The position numbers and the translations under genes are program-made. A stretch of DNA of 64,000 nucleotides. Origin: a virus (lineage: Duplodnaviria > Caudoviricetes). The notes beneath the pieces are model-generated. The model was not told the origin of the DNA. It worked only from the letters and a program-made list of their open reading frames with translations, and made no database searches. The stretch lies in IMG/VR virus record IMGVR_UViG_3300027917_004314. One strand, written 5' to 3'. Shown here piece after piece: positions 10,333 through 20,650 of this stretch (positions within the stretch are counted from its first letter, which is position 1; each line of letters starts with the position of its first letter).

Positions 10333-11656
10333 GGAACAAGTACAAAAAACAGAAGAAGAACAGGAAAAATGGCACCATGTTGCCACCGTTGAGGAACTTG
10401 GTGGTCTGAGCAGAAAAGTGCATATTGTTTACGATATAGAAGGCGTTAAAATGGCTACAGATAAAGCCATAGACTTGATAGGAAAAAACACCCAAATAAA
10501 GGGATTTAGACGTGGTAAGGCTCCAAGGCCACTGGTAGAAGTACACTGCAGGGAAGAAATTAAAAAGATGGCGTCCACAATGCTGTCCCAAGAAGGATAT
10601 CTACATGCCTGTTACGAGAATAAATTTTGCGCTATGACAGAACCAAGGGTTGAGAACTCTGAGTTCAGTATAGGTGGTACGTTTTCATGTGATATATTTT
10701 TTGAGATTAGGCCTTCTATTACCCCGACGGGTTATATTGGTCTACAACTTGAGAAGGAGTCTGTCGACAGAGAAGAGATTATTCAACGCAGTTTAGAAAA
10801 TGCCAGACAACAACATGCAAGTGAAGTAGAAGCAAGTAAGGTGGAAATTGGATCAATTGTTACATTGGATTTTAAAGTGCATAGGGACGGGCAAGAACTG
10901 TCCTCTGGTACTGACCACAGGTTTATGATAAGTGCTGGTCAAGAGTTGCCATTTGGCGAGAACCTAGTTGGTAAAGAAGTTGGGGCAAATCTGTCGGAAA
11001 CCATCGTTTTGCCGGAAGGATATAAGAACATGGGCGGGGAATCAGCTACCGTTGATATGACAATTAAAGGCATATTAAAACTAGTTCCTCCATCTGATCA
11101 AGAATTAGTAGAACGAATGGAAGCACCATCGTTTGGAGAGCTAATTGATATACTCGGAAAACATGCCGATCAGGAAATTACTGTTAAAAACCAACAATCA
11201 CTAGAAGAACAAATAATAGATAAGTTGTTAGAATTACATGAGTTTGAAGTGCCGGAGAAATGGGTGGACGACGAAGAGCGGTATATGCGTTCTCAATTAG
11301 GGTTTCAATCTGATATGGACCCGGAGATGAAACAGCATATTAGATCCATGGCAGACAGGAATGTTAGAAGAACGTTTATCTTGGATGCTATATATGATGC
11401 TGAACCAGATCTTAAATTAAAGGATGAAGAATTTGAACAACTGTTGAAACAAGAAGCTCAGGCAAGGAATGTAAGCAAGTTAATCGTAAAGAAAGAGCTT
11501 CAAGAAAAAGGCATGATGGATGCTGTTTACGGCATGTTAAGACACAAGAAAGTTATGGGCTTGATATTAAGTCAGGCCATAATTATTAATAAGGACGGAG
11601 AATTGGAGAAGGCTGCCGAAGACTCGGAGAGTATTCCTGATAATCCATTAGGGTAA
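10325..11656 (+). CDS. tig: Trigger factor
   Basis: TVEELGGLSRKVHI, ribosome-binding GFRRGKAP, FKBP-like central domain (VTLDF...FGENLVG), helical C-domain; AGGAG RBS before ATG 10325. Confidence 0.88.
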   Translation: MTEEQVQKTEEEQEKWHHVATVEELGGLSRKVHIVYDIEGVKMATDKAIDLIGKNTQIKGFRRGKAPRPLVEVHCREEIKKMASTMLSQEGYLHACYENKFCAMTEPRVENSEFSIGGTFSCDIFFEIRPSITPTGYIGLQLEKESVDREEIIQRSLENARQQHASEVEASKVEIGSIVTLDFKVHRDGQELSSGTDHRFMISAGQELPFGENLVGKEVGANLSETIVLPEGYKNMGGESATVDMTIKGILKLVPPSDQELVERMEAPSFGELIDILGKHADQEITVKNQQSLEEQIIDKLLELHEFEVPEKWVDDEERYMRSQLGFQSDMDPEMKQHIRSMADRNVRRTFILDAIYDAEPDLKLKDEEFEQLLKQEAQARNVSKLIVKKELQEKGMMDAVYGMLRHKKVMGLILSQAIIINKDGELEKAAEDSESIPDNPLG

Positions 11657-11666
11657 GAGGTGAAAA

Positions 11667-12044
11667 ATGGCAACAAGAGCTGTACAGGGTTTTGGAATAT
11701 CTGCATTTACAGTGAAACGAGACAAAATAAAAGTAGTGTTAGCGGCCAATAAGGACGATATACGTGCTGGAGATGGTGGCATCCCCGACGTGTTAGAGTC
11801 GCTAGAATTGCATTCCACGGCAGCCGACTCGTCTGCCGTTAGTGTAGCTTTGAGGAACTCCAATGAGGCTGCTACTACCAGCGCGTACGATTTAACGGTT
11901 GTAAGTTTTGTTGTAAAACAAGACAAGATGAAGATTGTTCTAGAAACTAACAGAGAAAACGAAGGAGATGGTGATTTGGTCCGCGCATTGGGTGTTCATT
12001 CTGCCGAGAACCAAGAAGTTGAACTTACCATGCAAAGGCCATAG
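11667..12044 (+). CDS. Hypothetical protein with two tandem ~55-aa repeats
   Basis: VKRDKIKVVLAAN...LESLELHS vs VKQDKMKIVLETN...VRALGVHS; GAGGTG RBS. Confidence 0.65.
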   Translation: MATRAVQGFGISAFTVKRDKIKVVLAANKDDIRAGDGGIPDVLESLELHSTAADSSAVSVALRNSNEAATTSAYDLTVVSFVVKQDKMKIVLETNRENEGDGDLVRALGVHSAENQEVELTMQRP

Positions 12045-12053
12045 ATATAACGT

Positions 12054-12371
12054 ATGGAACAAAAGCTTAAACAACTTGGTATAGTTAAAATCAAACCCAA
12101 GAATTGTTCATGTAGTTACGATGCGTATGTATACCGACTGCCAATAAGGCTTGGGATTGAGATAATAGACTTTCTGAAACCACTAGGAAGTCCCGCACTT
12201 TCATTCGATAAAACCAGTTTGCTTAAAATAGAGAACAACGATTATATTATTACTGGGGTTAAAAGGCTCAGGGAAGTCAGATTTTCTATTAAAAAAACGG
12301 GCAAAGCTGTCCCGTTGCAAACATTTGAAGGAGCACTTATAAGCTATGTAGAAAAACATAAAAGGAAGTGA
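12054..12371 (+). CDS. Hypothetical protein
   Basis: ORF tiles between neighbours. Confidence 0.6.
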   Translation: MEQKLKQLGIVKIKPKNCSCSYDAYVYRLPIRLGIEIIDFLKPLGSPALSFDKTSLLKIENNDYIITGVKRLREVRFSIKKTGKAVPLQTFEGALISYVEKHKRK

Positions 12372-12374
12372 TTG

Positions 12375-15300
12375 ATGTCTAGAGAGTTTGTTAATCTCCA
12401 CGCTCACACCAATTTGGGGTCGATGCTGGATGCTCTGTCGTATGTAGACGATCTATTTAACAGGGCAGATGAACTGGGACAAAAAGCCCTAGCTATTACT
12501 GATCATGGAACTCTTGGTTGCCATTATGATGCATTTCAAGCCTATAAAAGAACCGGGATCAAGTTTATTCCAGGATGCGAAATGTATTTTGTGCGTTCAT
12601 ACGACTATTTGCCTGCAGAGGGCAAGGGTAGTAGAAAAAAGACCGAGAAAAGAAAACATATAGTTCTATTAGCGCAAAATGAAATTGGCTATAAAAACCT
12701 GTTAAAAATAAACTTTGAGGGTTTTAAACAGCATGTAATAGTAATGGGCAGAGTTTTCCCTAGAGTGAGTTGGGAAGAACTTGAGAAGTATTCGGAAGGT
12801 ATTATAGCGACCTCTGCGTGTGGCAGTGGGATACTCGCTGAACACATTTTTAAAGGAGAGCTTGATAAAGCTATAAGTGCAGCTTTGCGTCTGCAAAGAA
12901 TATATAACGACAGATTCTATATAGAAATCCAACCACACAGCTTAAAAGATGATCGGGTGGATCAAATATTTCTTAACAATCAACTTATAAATATTGCACA
13001 GAAACTTGGCATAGAGTTGGTTGTTGGTGTTGATGCCCACTACATAACAAGAGACTCCGAGAAAATTCATGACGTATTATTGGCAATTAACTCCAAGAAG
13101 CCGGTTGATGACCCAACTAGACACAGATATGGTATAGATGAATTTTACGTCAAGTCTGGCGACGAGGTATACGATTTCTTAGAAAAATACCATGGGAAAT
13201 CTGTGGCCACGGCAGCTGTAGAAAACACAGTCAAAATAGCGGCTACATGTGATTTGCCAGACTATATGGAACCGAGCGGTAACCATTTGCCGATATTTAA
13301 TCCGTGTGGTGAGTCAGATTTCAAAGAGTTTTGTGAGTGGGCTGAAACGACAAGAATACCAAAAGACATGGCTCTAGATAAGAAATATATGAGATATAAA
13401 GTTGTCAGCGGTTTCAAGCAAAAATTTGGCCACATGTCAGAGGCAGACCAGAAAATTAGGTGGGATAGAGTCAAGAAAGAACTCAAAATCTTAGAAGGAA
13501 ATAACTTTTCTTCTTATATGCTGGTGACTGCCGATTTCATCCAGTGGGCTAAAGACCATGACATTTTATGTGGTGTGGGCCGTGGGAGCGTGGGCGGATG
13601 TATCGTTGCGTATCTGTTGGGGATTCACGGCGTAGATCCTATAGAATATAATTTACTATTTGAAAGATTTCAAAATGCCTATAAAAAAGATTTACCAGAT
13701 ATAGATACAGACTTCACCTCAGCTGGAAGAGACATGGTCCAGGAGTATGTAAGGAAAAAATATGGGTATGATCATTGTGCACAAGTATCTAATATTAATA
13801 CGTATACTCCTAAAAATGTGATACCTGATCTTGTCAAATCTATGAGAAATGTAATGCCAAATCTCATAGGAAAAGATCAGTATTACGTAAAAGTAGCTGA
13901 AGCTATTAAGGCGGCCATTCCGGAGGCAGACGAAAATAAGAAAAGAGTTAAAACCCTAGAAAGGGCTATGAGTCTGTCGTCAGACTTAAGAGATTTTGCA
14001 GCCAAATGTCCAGAACTCATGGAGTACGCAGATGCTATTATTGGAATGCCAAAAGAGTATTCCACCCATGCGGCTGGAATGGTGGTATCTGACATACCAA
14101 TCGTTGAGTTTGCGCCGCTTAGAATTGATAAAAACGGTGTAGTTGCTGTACAATATGAGAAAAACAGGTGTGAAAGCCTTGGTTTAGTAAAAATGGATTT
14201 CTTAGCTATCTCAACTTTGGATGTAATAGATGAAACACTTAAGAACATTCGTAGGCTAGGTATTACGGATGGCCCCAGACAGATGGAGGATATTCCGTTA
14301 GATGATGAAGAAACCTACAAAATGATCCAAGGTGGCCACACCAAATGCGTGTTTCAACTGGGTAAATCTGGTATGATGGTAGCTCTGTGTAAAAAAATTC
14401 GTCCTAAGAATATACTGGATATCGCGGTAGTTAATGCTTTGGGGCGTCCGTCGTCGACCCATGAAAGGCAGGAATATATAAACCGCAGGTTTGGAAAAAA
14501 GGAGATATCTTATCTACACTCGAGTCTAGAAAATTGTTTGTCGCAGACCTATGGGCTGTGTATAATGGAAGAGCAATTGATGGATGTGGCTAAAGACGTA
14601 GCTGGATGGGATCTAAACAAAGCCGACGGATTGCGTAAGTTGACCAAATGGAAGGGTAAAGACCCAAAGTTTGCATTGCAGCTGGAGGCTGATTTCATCG
14701 AAGGAATGATGAAGAAACATTCTACTAGTCTAGAATTGTCTAAAGAAGTATGGGATAAAATTGTAGAAAAGTTCAGTGGATATGGATTCAACAAAAGTCA
14801 TGCTGTTTTCTATTCAATTAATGGATATATTACCGCCTATTTGAAATGTCACTATCCTGCAGCATTCCTGGCTGCATATTTGAAAGTTAAGACAGCCAGG
14901 GGTGGCATCAATAAAGACGATGAAATTAATATGGCGAAGATGGAGTGCCGGCGTCTTGGCGTAAGGATTGTGCCTCCAGATATCAACAGGAGTAACGCTG
15001 GATATGAAGTTTTAGACGCAGATACTATTGTTATGGGTTTTGCGGCTATCAAAGGAATGGGCGAGAAGGCAATAGCACAGGTTATTAATAACCAGCCCTT
15101 CTCATCTTTTAGAGATTTCCTACACAGAGTGGATGCGCGCGTTGTTAATAAAACCAAATTAGAGGTTATGGCGAAGGCCGGTTGCTTTGATTCTTTTAAG
15201 ATCTCAAGAAGGGATATCCACGACGAAGGCAAAAAAGTCAGGGATAAGATGAATATTTTCATTAGGAAGAAGGTGAAGGATGGATATCAGTCTGACATGG

Positions 15301-15749
15301 CTGTTGAAGAGTTTCCTATTAGAATGCCTGGTCAGGAGTGGTCTCAGCAAGAGAAATTGCGTCACGAGCAAGAAGTTCTAGGTGAGCTTGTGTCCGGCTC
15401 TCTTACTGATTTGTTTCCAGGATTTTTTACAGGATATAACGTGACTCCTATTTCTAGACTTAGAATGCTGCCAGATCGGCAACAAATCGTTGTAGAGGTG
15501 CTTATAAAGGCATTTTTACGTGAATTCAATATTAAGACTGGAAAATACAGAGGATTGCCAATGGCCAAATATTTGGTGGAAGACACCATTGGTACAGAAA
15601 CAGAGCTTACAGTGTGGCCAGATCAATACGCTAATGCCAAAAAAATGCTCAAAGTAGGTCGACCTATCAGGGCAATTTGCCAAGTTAGTGAATTTAATGG
15701 AGTAAAATCACTAATGTTAAGGGAGATAGAAAAAGTGTACGGAATGTAA
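12375..15749 (+). CDS. dnaE: DNA polymerase III alpha subunit (DnaE-type), intein-free
   Basis: PHP (HAHT, AITDHG, DAHY), GRGSVGG, PDIDTDF, STHAAG, KMDFL, YGFNKSHA, C-terminal OB fold. Confidence 0.95.
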   Translation: MSREFVNLHAHTNLGSMLDALSYVDDLFNRADELGQKALAITDHGTLGCHYDAFQAYKRTGIKFIPGCEMYFVRSYDYLPAEGKGSRKKTEKRKHIVLLAQNEIGYKNLLKINFEGFKQHVIVMGRVFPRVSWEELEKYSEGIIATSACGSGILAEHIFKGELDKAISAALRLQRIYNDRFYIEIQPHSLKDDRVDQIFLNNQLINIAQKLGIELVVGVDAHYITRDSEKIHDVLLAINSKKPVDDPTRHRYGIDEFYVKSGDEVYDFLEKYHGKSVATAAVENTVKIAATCDLPDYMEPSGNHLPIFNPCGESDFKEFCEWAETTRIPKDMALDKKYMRYKVVSGFKQKFGHMSEADQKIRWDRVKKELKILEGNNFSSYMLVTADFIQWAKDHDILCGVGRGSVGGCIVAYLLGIHGVDPIEYNLLFERFQNAYKKDLPDIDTDFTSAGRDMVQEYVRKKYGYDHCAQVSNINTYTPKNVIPDLVKSMRNVMPNLIGKDQYYVKVAEAIKAAIPEADENKKRVKTLERAMSLSSDLRDFAAKCPELMEYADAIIGMPKEYSTHAAGMVVSDIPIVEFAPLRIDKNGVVAVQYEKNRCESLGLVKMDFLAISTLDVIDETLKNIRRLGITDGPRQMEDIPLDDEETYKMIQGGHTKCVFQLGKSGMMVALCKKIRPKNILDIAVVNALGRPSSTHERQEYINRRFGKKEISYLHSSLENCLSQTYGLCIMEEQLMDVAKDVAGWDLNKADGLRKLTKWKGKDPKFALQLEADFIEGMMKKHSTSLELSKEVWDKIVEKFSGYGFNKSHAVFYSINGYITAYLKCHYPAAFLAAYLKVKTARGGINKDDEINMAKMECRRLGVRIVPPDINRSNAGYEVLDADTIVMGFAAIKGMGEKAIAQVINNQPFSSFRDFLHRVDARVVNKTKLEVMAKAGCFDSFKISRRDIHDEGKKVRDKMNIFIRKKVKDGYQSDMAVEEFPIRMPGQEWSQQEKLRHEQEVLGELVSGSLTDLFPGFFTGYNVTPISRLRMLPDRQQIVVEVLIKAFLREFNIKTGKYRGLPMAKYLVEDTIGTETELTVWPDQYANAKKMLKVGRPIRAICQVSEFNGVKSLMLREIEKVYGM

Positions 15750-15757
15750 AAAAGTAC

Positions 15758-15786
15758 TTGACAAATCTATCAATATGAATTAAATT
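15758..15786 (+). promoter_or_regulatory. Sigma70-like promoter
   Basis: TTGACA (15758-63), 17-bp spacer, TAAATT (15781-86), upstream of GGAGG RBS and ATG 15812. Confidence 0.6.
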
Positions 15787-15811
15787 AATAGTTACAGGGA
15801 GGTGTTTTTAT

Positions 15812-16441
15812 ATGTTATGTACATCATGCGGATCTGAGGTTTTGCCATCATTTAAGCATGCTATAGCTCGCAACGAATGCCCAGCATGCGGCGGCCTCAT
15901 TATGGGTGAGGAATTCCTCGCCGCTGTGGAAGACGTCGGCAGAACAGTTTTAGAGTCAGCTTCTGTGAGGGAAGAGACGGCTCATAATATTGCCCTGGCA
16001 ATTGTAGCCAAATATAACTTAGATATCGGCAACTTAAACGTTCAACCGTCAGTGCCGGCCCGTCGTGCGCAGCAAGCACAGCCTGCGCCCAAGATTGCTC
16101 CTCCTAGTGCCATGAGGCAAGCAATAGAGAAGGAGTTTGGCGAGGTTGTCTCTCCAGAGGTTCCTCAAGGCATATCCGATGTTGAGCGCGAGAGAATTAT
16201 GGAGGAGGCGGTTAGGAAAAAATACAACATGGTTGATCACGCTACTGTAGACGAACTGCAGGCAGAAGCTGATAGAGTTTTCCCTCCAACTCCATCGTCC
16301 GGTGAAGTTGTCGGATTAGATTCTATTTTTTCAGAAGGAGCATCTAATCCGGTACTGGAAGAAGAAAGATTATATAGACTTGCAAAACAAAAAAGAGCTA
16401 TGGAAGGTGGCGGCGATAGCGCATTTCGCAGGAGCAGCTAA
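15812..16441 (+). CDS. Hypothetical protein with N-terminal Zn ribbon
   Basis: CTSC...CPAC followed by Pro/Ala/Glu-rich region; strong RBS. Confidence 0.7.
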   Translation: MLCTSCGSEVLPSFKHAIARNECPACGGLIMGEEFLAAVEDVGRTVLESASVREETAHNIALAIVAKYNLDIGNLNVQPSVPARRAQQAQPAPKIAPPSAMRQAIEKEFGEVVSPEVPQGISDVERERIMEEAVRKKYNMVDHATVDELQAEADRVFPPTPSSGEVVGLDSIFSEGASNPVLEEERLYRLAKQKRAMEGGGDSAFRRSS

Positions 16442-16737
16442 TGAGCATCCGAGTTGTGGATTTTAAGCAACTGGATATGACCGACGAAGAATTTGCCTAT
16501 TACAATCAACTAGTTGAAGCGTTTTCTGGTGGTAACTATTCAGGTAAAGAACAGTTCCATGACATGTTTGACGTGGATAATGATGGGTGTATTACTATAA
16601 TACGTCCACCAATCGGTAAAGAGGTTGGGTGGGCAATTCTTGTATTCTTGCAGAATTTGATGATTAATCAACGTCTTAGACGATTAGAAAGATGGGTTAG
16701 GAGCTTGAAAGATGAGCAGAGCAGTACTGACATTTAG
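16441..16737 (+). CDS. Hypothetical protein
   Basis: TAATG-coupled to the upstream gene. Confidence 0.65.
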   Translation: MSIRVVDFKQLDMTDEEFAYYNQLVEAFSGGNYSGKEQFHDMFDVDNDGCITIIRPPIGKEVGWAILVFLQNLMINQRLRRLERWVRSLKDEQSSTDI

Positions 16738-17230
16738 GGACTCTCTAAATATAGATAACTTCGATCCCTTGTCTATAGATATAGCGGAATTCACAGCACT
16801 TGCGCAATCTATGCCCAGGGATGCCAATTTAGACATACCGAACGCTGAGAAGTTAGCAGCCAAATATCTAAGGGCTGCGGACAGATGCAGTGAAATATTA
16901 TCTACACTTACGCTGTTAGAAGCCAGGGCAAGGGTACATAGAAATACTACTAAGCAAAGGCTATTTCTTGCTGCCAGAGATGTAGGACATACAACTGTCA
17001 GAGATAGAGAGGCATTTGCAGAAAGTCATCAGGATTTCATCGATGCCGAACATGGCTATAATGAAATATATGTAGTTAAGAAGAATTTTGAGAATAGACA
17101 TGAGTGGTTTCTTAAAGCGCATCAATATATGAAAGAGCGGTTAAGAGGAGAATATAGACATCAGCGTTCTGCTGGTTTCCAGGCAGTTGTTGATGACGAT
17201 GATAAACCATACGGTGAAAAGCAATGGTAA
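16712..17230 (+). CDS. Possible UvsY-like recombination mediator (helical)
   Basis: Helical TVRDREAFAESHQDFIDAEHGY pattern reminiscent of UvsY; near ssb and recA; weak call. Confidence 0.35.
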   Translation: MSRAVLTFRDSLNIDNFDPLSIDIAEFTALAQSMPRDANLDIPNAEKLAAKYLRAADRCSEILSTLTLLEARARVHRNTTKQRLFLAARDVGHTTVRDREAFAESHQDFIDAEHGYNEIYVVKKNFENRHEWFLKAHQYMKERLRGEYRHQRSAGFQAVVDDDDKPYGEKQW

Positions 17231-17517
17231 TGGTAAAAGAGTTTGATATGGACATGCATGTAGGCGGAGGGGCAAAGCCCCCCTTCTACAAAATATTAAT
17301 GGGAAACAACTACGGCAGTGGTTCTGTTTTTATAGTTACCAAGAAAGTTGATCTAGTTAGATCATCGAATAATGGTATGTTAGACGTGACGGGGTTTTGG
17401 ACAACGAATAGTGATGAAGATATAGATAATCTCGACAACAGATCAATATGTTCAATAATAATCCCAATAAGCAATATAGGTTATATCGAAAACTTAATGT
17501 ATAGGCCGCGTATATGA
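17230..17517 (+). CDS. Hypothetical protein
   Basis: TAATG-coupled ORF. Confidence 0.6.
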   Translation: MVKEFDMDMHVGGGAKPPFYKILMGNNYGSGSVFIVTKKVDLVRSSNNGMLDVTGFWTTNSDEDIDNLDNRSICSIIIPISNIGYIENLMYRPRI

Positions 17518-17622
17518 TGTTAACGTTGAAGAAACTTAGGTGTTGTTTCTACGGCAAATTACATCAAAAACTTAACATCCCGACTATGTGCAAGGAGCAC
17601 CAAGGGAAACTAGGAGGATAAT

Positions 17623-18315
17623 ATGGCCGAAGTAAAATATGGACAGCTTGCAAGCTGGGACGACGGAGACGTTTCCGGTCCCAACGATTTTATGAATCTG
17701 GTGGAAGGATCTAACAACGTAAGAGTTGTAACTAATCCTTATCAGTTCGTCGTTCACTGGACTAAGGATGCTAGCGGTTCTAACCGCAAGATCCGCTGCG
17801 CAATTGACAATTGTCCTTTGTGCAGATCCGGAGTAAAATCACAAACTCGTTGGTATATTGGGGTCATTGACCGTGCAAGTGGTCAGCCCAAGATTCTCGA
17901 GATCGGAAGCCAAATTTATAAAGGTATTAGGGATTATATCAGCTCAGACGAATGGGGTGAGATGATCAAACACAGCTGGGGAGAGATCATGGCATATGAT
18001 ATTAATGTCAAGCGTGGGCCGAAAGGAACACAGCCTCTCTATTCAGTTATGGGTAGCCCTAAAATGAAGGATATCACTGATGAGGAATCCGCCATGGTAG
18101 AGGGCTTTCTTGAGAGAGTAGACATCGCGAAGTTCACTCAGCCACCAAAGCCTGAAGAGGTAGCGGAAAAAATGGGTGCTTCTCCCGGTGGCAATGGAGC
18201 TACTCCTGCCGGTCAGCAATATGCTGTCGGCACTCAAACTGTCACCAACACTGAGGCTGGTGTTAAGCCAGCTATCGAAGACGACACCTTCGATTTCGGA
18301 GACGAAGACCTGTAG
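17623..18315 (+). CDS. ssb: Single-stranded DNA-binding protein, T4 gp32-like
   Basis: NVRVV...HW...CAIDNCPLC, KILEIGSQIY, YDINVKR, acidic tail DDTFDFGDEDL; AGGAGG RBS. Confidence 0.75.
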   Translation: MAEVKYGQLASWDDGDVSGPNDFMNLVEGSNNVRVVTNPYQFVVHWTKDASGSNRKIRCAIDNCPLCRSGVKSQTRWYIGVIDRASGQPKILEIGSQIYKGIRDYISSDEWGEMIKHSWGEIMAYDINVKRGPKGTQPLYSVMGSPKMKDITDEESAMVEGFLERVDIAKFTQPPKPEEVAEKMGASPGGNGATPAGQQYAVGTQTVTNTEAGVKPAIEDDTFDFGDEDL

Positions 18316-18325
18316 TCTAAAACAT

Positions 18326-18369
18326 ACCAGCGGGGTTCCAAACTTTACGCGGCCTGGAACCCCGCTGGT
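18326..18369 (+). repeat. Perfect 15-bp inverted repeat (ACCAGCGGGGTTCCA / TGGAACCCCGCTGGT), 14-nt loop
   Basis: Read directly; starts 11 nt after the ssb stop. Confidence 0.9.
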
Positions 18370-18385
18370 TCATTTGCAGGTGACC

Positions 18386-18997
18386 ATGGTTAAAGACACC
18401 AAGATTAAATCCATCGAGTTGGATGGAGGTTTTAAAGTAGCATACATGTCGTCTAGGCCACCGCGTCTGGAGGCCAAAATTATATTTGATCGAGACCACA
18501 TAAGCCAAAAATTAATCTTTACTATAATGGATATTTCTCACACCCACGGATTTGGGTGCTCCAGGCCACGGTTCGGGGGTATCGATGATCCAGACATGGT
18601 ATTTTTAATTGGTACTGTCCTACCATCTTCACGATCCCTGGAGAAGTATCTCACGCGCCTCAACGATTGTCTTATAGAGATGAGAGAATTCGCACAAGAA
18701 TTTATGCGCCAATTGGACTTTAGTAGGCTCGATATCTCAATGTTTAACGATATGGTAGATTTGGAAATATACCCAGAACAATTAGCAGCTCTTAGAGATC
18801 AATTGTATAATGGCTCATGGGAAACATTTTGCGAGGCCATGGAAGAAGAAGGCAGAGATGATATGGCTGATGTGGCATTAAAATGTATGAAGTTTGAAAA
18901 TCAAAACGACAAAGATTTGGGGTTTGTGGGACATAAGCTTGGACACATATTGGACCTGTTAGGTAGCCAAGAGAGTAATGCGGTGGAGATAAACTGA
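18386..18997 (+). CDS. Hypothetical protein
   Basis: The track start at 18176 overlaps ssb and the hairpin; ATG 18386 is more plausible. Confidence 0.65.
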   Translation: MVKDTKIKSIELDGGFKVAYMSSRPPRLEAKIIFDRDHISQKLIFTIMDISHTHGFGCSRPRFGGIDDPDMVFLIGTVLPSSRSLEKYLTRLNDCLIEMREFAQEFMRQLDFSRLDISMFNDMVDLEIYPEQLAALRDQLYNGSWETFCEAMEEEGRDDMADVALKCMKFENQNDKDLGFVGHKLGHILDLLGSQESNAVEIN

Positions 18998-18998
18998 T

Positions 18999-19625
18999 AT
19001 GGCAAAGAAAAAGTCGGTTATAAAAGACAAGTTTGTCAAATTGCCGCGACGTAGATTATATGGAACAGGAAAAATTAGAATATTGGGGTTAGATTGTAGT
19101 TCTACCACGGTCGGCTGGGGCCTTATCACTTTGAATAAAAGCGGCCCGTCACTAGTGGCATATGGACATATAAAACCTTTAAAGGGTAAACATAGTCTTT
19201 TGGAAAAGCTAGATGATGTTCATCGTAGAATAGCAAATCTATGTTCTGATCTTAGCCCCTCCCATATAGCTATCGAAGATATATTATTATATATGAAAGG
19301 GAAGTCCGGTGCTAAAACCATAACTACTTTAGCTGTGTTTAATCGAATAATAGGGCTATCCGCATACCAAAATTCCGAAGCAAAGATTAAATTCTATTCT
19401 GTACAAACCATTCGGAAAATGATTAGAGATGCGTGTGATGGTACGACGGATCGTATATCGAAGAAAGACTTGCCTCATATTATCCGAACATGGTTAGAAC
19501 CAGGGTTCGAGGACGCTGTGAACAGTAAAGGTGCTGTAGAGGGCGAGACTTACGATGAGGGTGATGCAATCGCAGCTGCATGGTGTTGCGGGTTAGATCT
19601 AATGAAACAAGGTATGTCGAAATGA
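18999..19625 (+). CDS. ruvC: RuvC-like Holliday junction resolvase
   Basis: [28 protein letters not shown]. Confidence 0.8.
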   Translation: MAKKKSVIKDKFVKLPRRRLYGTGKIRILGLDCSSTTVGWGLITLNKSGPSLVAYGHIKPLKGKHSLLEKLDDVHRRIANLCSDLSPSHIAIEDILLYMKGKSGAKTITTLAVFNRIIGLSAYQNSEAKIKFYSVQTIRKMIRDACDGTTDRISKKDLPHIIRTWLEPGFEDAVNSKGAVEGETYDEGDAIAAAWCCGLDLMKQGMSK

Positions 19626-20650
19626 AAGATCCTTATGAGATTTTGGGTGTCGAGCCTGGTGCGTCGGAAGATGAGATTAAGAAAGCATATAAAAATCTTG
19701 CCCTCAAGTGGCACCCGGATGTACATCCAGACGACAAGGAGGACGCAGAAGAAAAGTTTAAAGAGATTAGTTCAGCATATGAAGTTCTAAAGAACAACAA
19801 TTGGACGAAACCTCCTGAAGGTTTTTCTTTTGATGGATTGAACATAGATTTTAATACTATGTTCAACCAATTTTTTTCTGGTTCCCGATTTACCGATATT
19901 TTTGGTTTGGGGAACTCTACAGGTCCATTTGGAAGGGGCCGCCCTAAACAACCAAAAATGCGCACCGGTAAGATAATGATTTCATTGGAAGAAGCATATA
20001 ACGGTTGTACGAAGAACCTTGATGTGATATGGAAAGAAGCTTGTGAAGAATGCGATGGTATTGGAGTAAAATTGAAGGACGCTTATTGTACGCGTTGTAG
20101 CGGCTATGGACAGATTAGGGTACAGCGCGGGTCAATGTTCCTTGGGACTACCTGTGCAAATTGTAATGGTTTCGGAAAAGAAATCGATTCCGCGTGTTCT
20201 AATTGTAATGGTAATCGTGAAATTAGGAAGTCAAAAAATATAACTCTAAGCATTCCGCCGTTCACGGCGCATGGCACTACAATTACTCCAGAGAGAATGT
20301 TTTCTATCCTTGTACTATACAAGCCGCATTCAGAATATGAATTGTCACGTAATATGGTAGACGTTAGCAGCAATACTACTATCGATATATTTAAGGCAAT
20401 GTTAGGGGGCACAGTCAAAGTTAAAACCCTGTCAGGAGAAAAAAATATAAAAATTTCGCCTACGTGCCAGCCGGGGACCACTCTTAGGATTAGAGGCGCT
20501 GGTATGATTAGTGGTGGCCGCGTGGGTGATCATTACGTGCAAGTTAAAGTGAAGTTGCCAGAAGATCTTACAGTGGAACAAAAGAGCTTGTTGCAAAAGC
20601 TTGATGCCACTACAAAAGGAGGAGAGAAAAATGGCAAAGAAACAGGATAA
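19622..20650 (+). CDS. dnaJ: DnaJ (type I) co-chaperone
   Basis: J domain with HPD, G/F-rich region, four CxxCxGxG-type repeats, C-terminal GDHYVQV. Confidence 0.92.
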   Translation: MKDPYEILGVEPGASEDEIKKAYKNLALKWHPDVHPDDKEDAEEKFKEISSAYEVLKNNNWTKPPEGFSFDGLNIDFNTMFNQFFSGSRFTDIFGLGNSTGPFGRGRPKQPKMRTGKIMISLEEAYNGCTKNLDVIWKEACEECDGIGVKLKDAYCTRCSGYGQIRVQRGSMFLGTTCANCNGFGKEIDSACSNCNGNREIRKSKNITLSIPPFTAHGTTITPERMFSILVLYKPHSEYELSRNMVDVSSNTTIDIFKAMLGGTVKVKTLSGEKNIKISPTCQPGTTLRIRGAGMISGGRVGDHYVQVKVKLPEDLTVEQKSLLQKLDATTKGGEKNGKETG

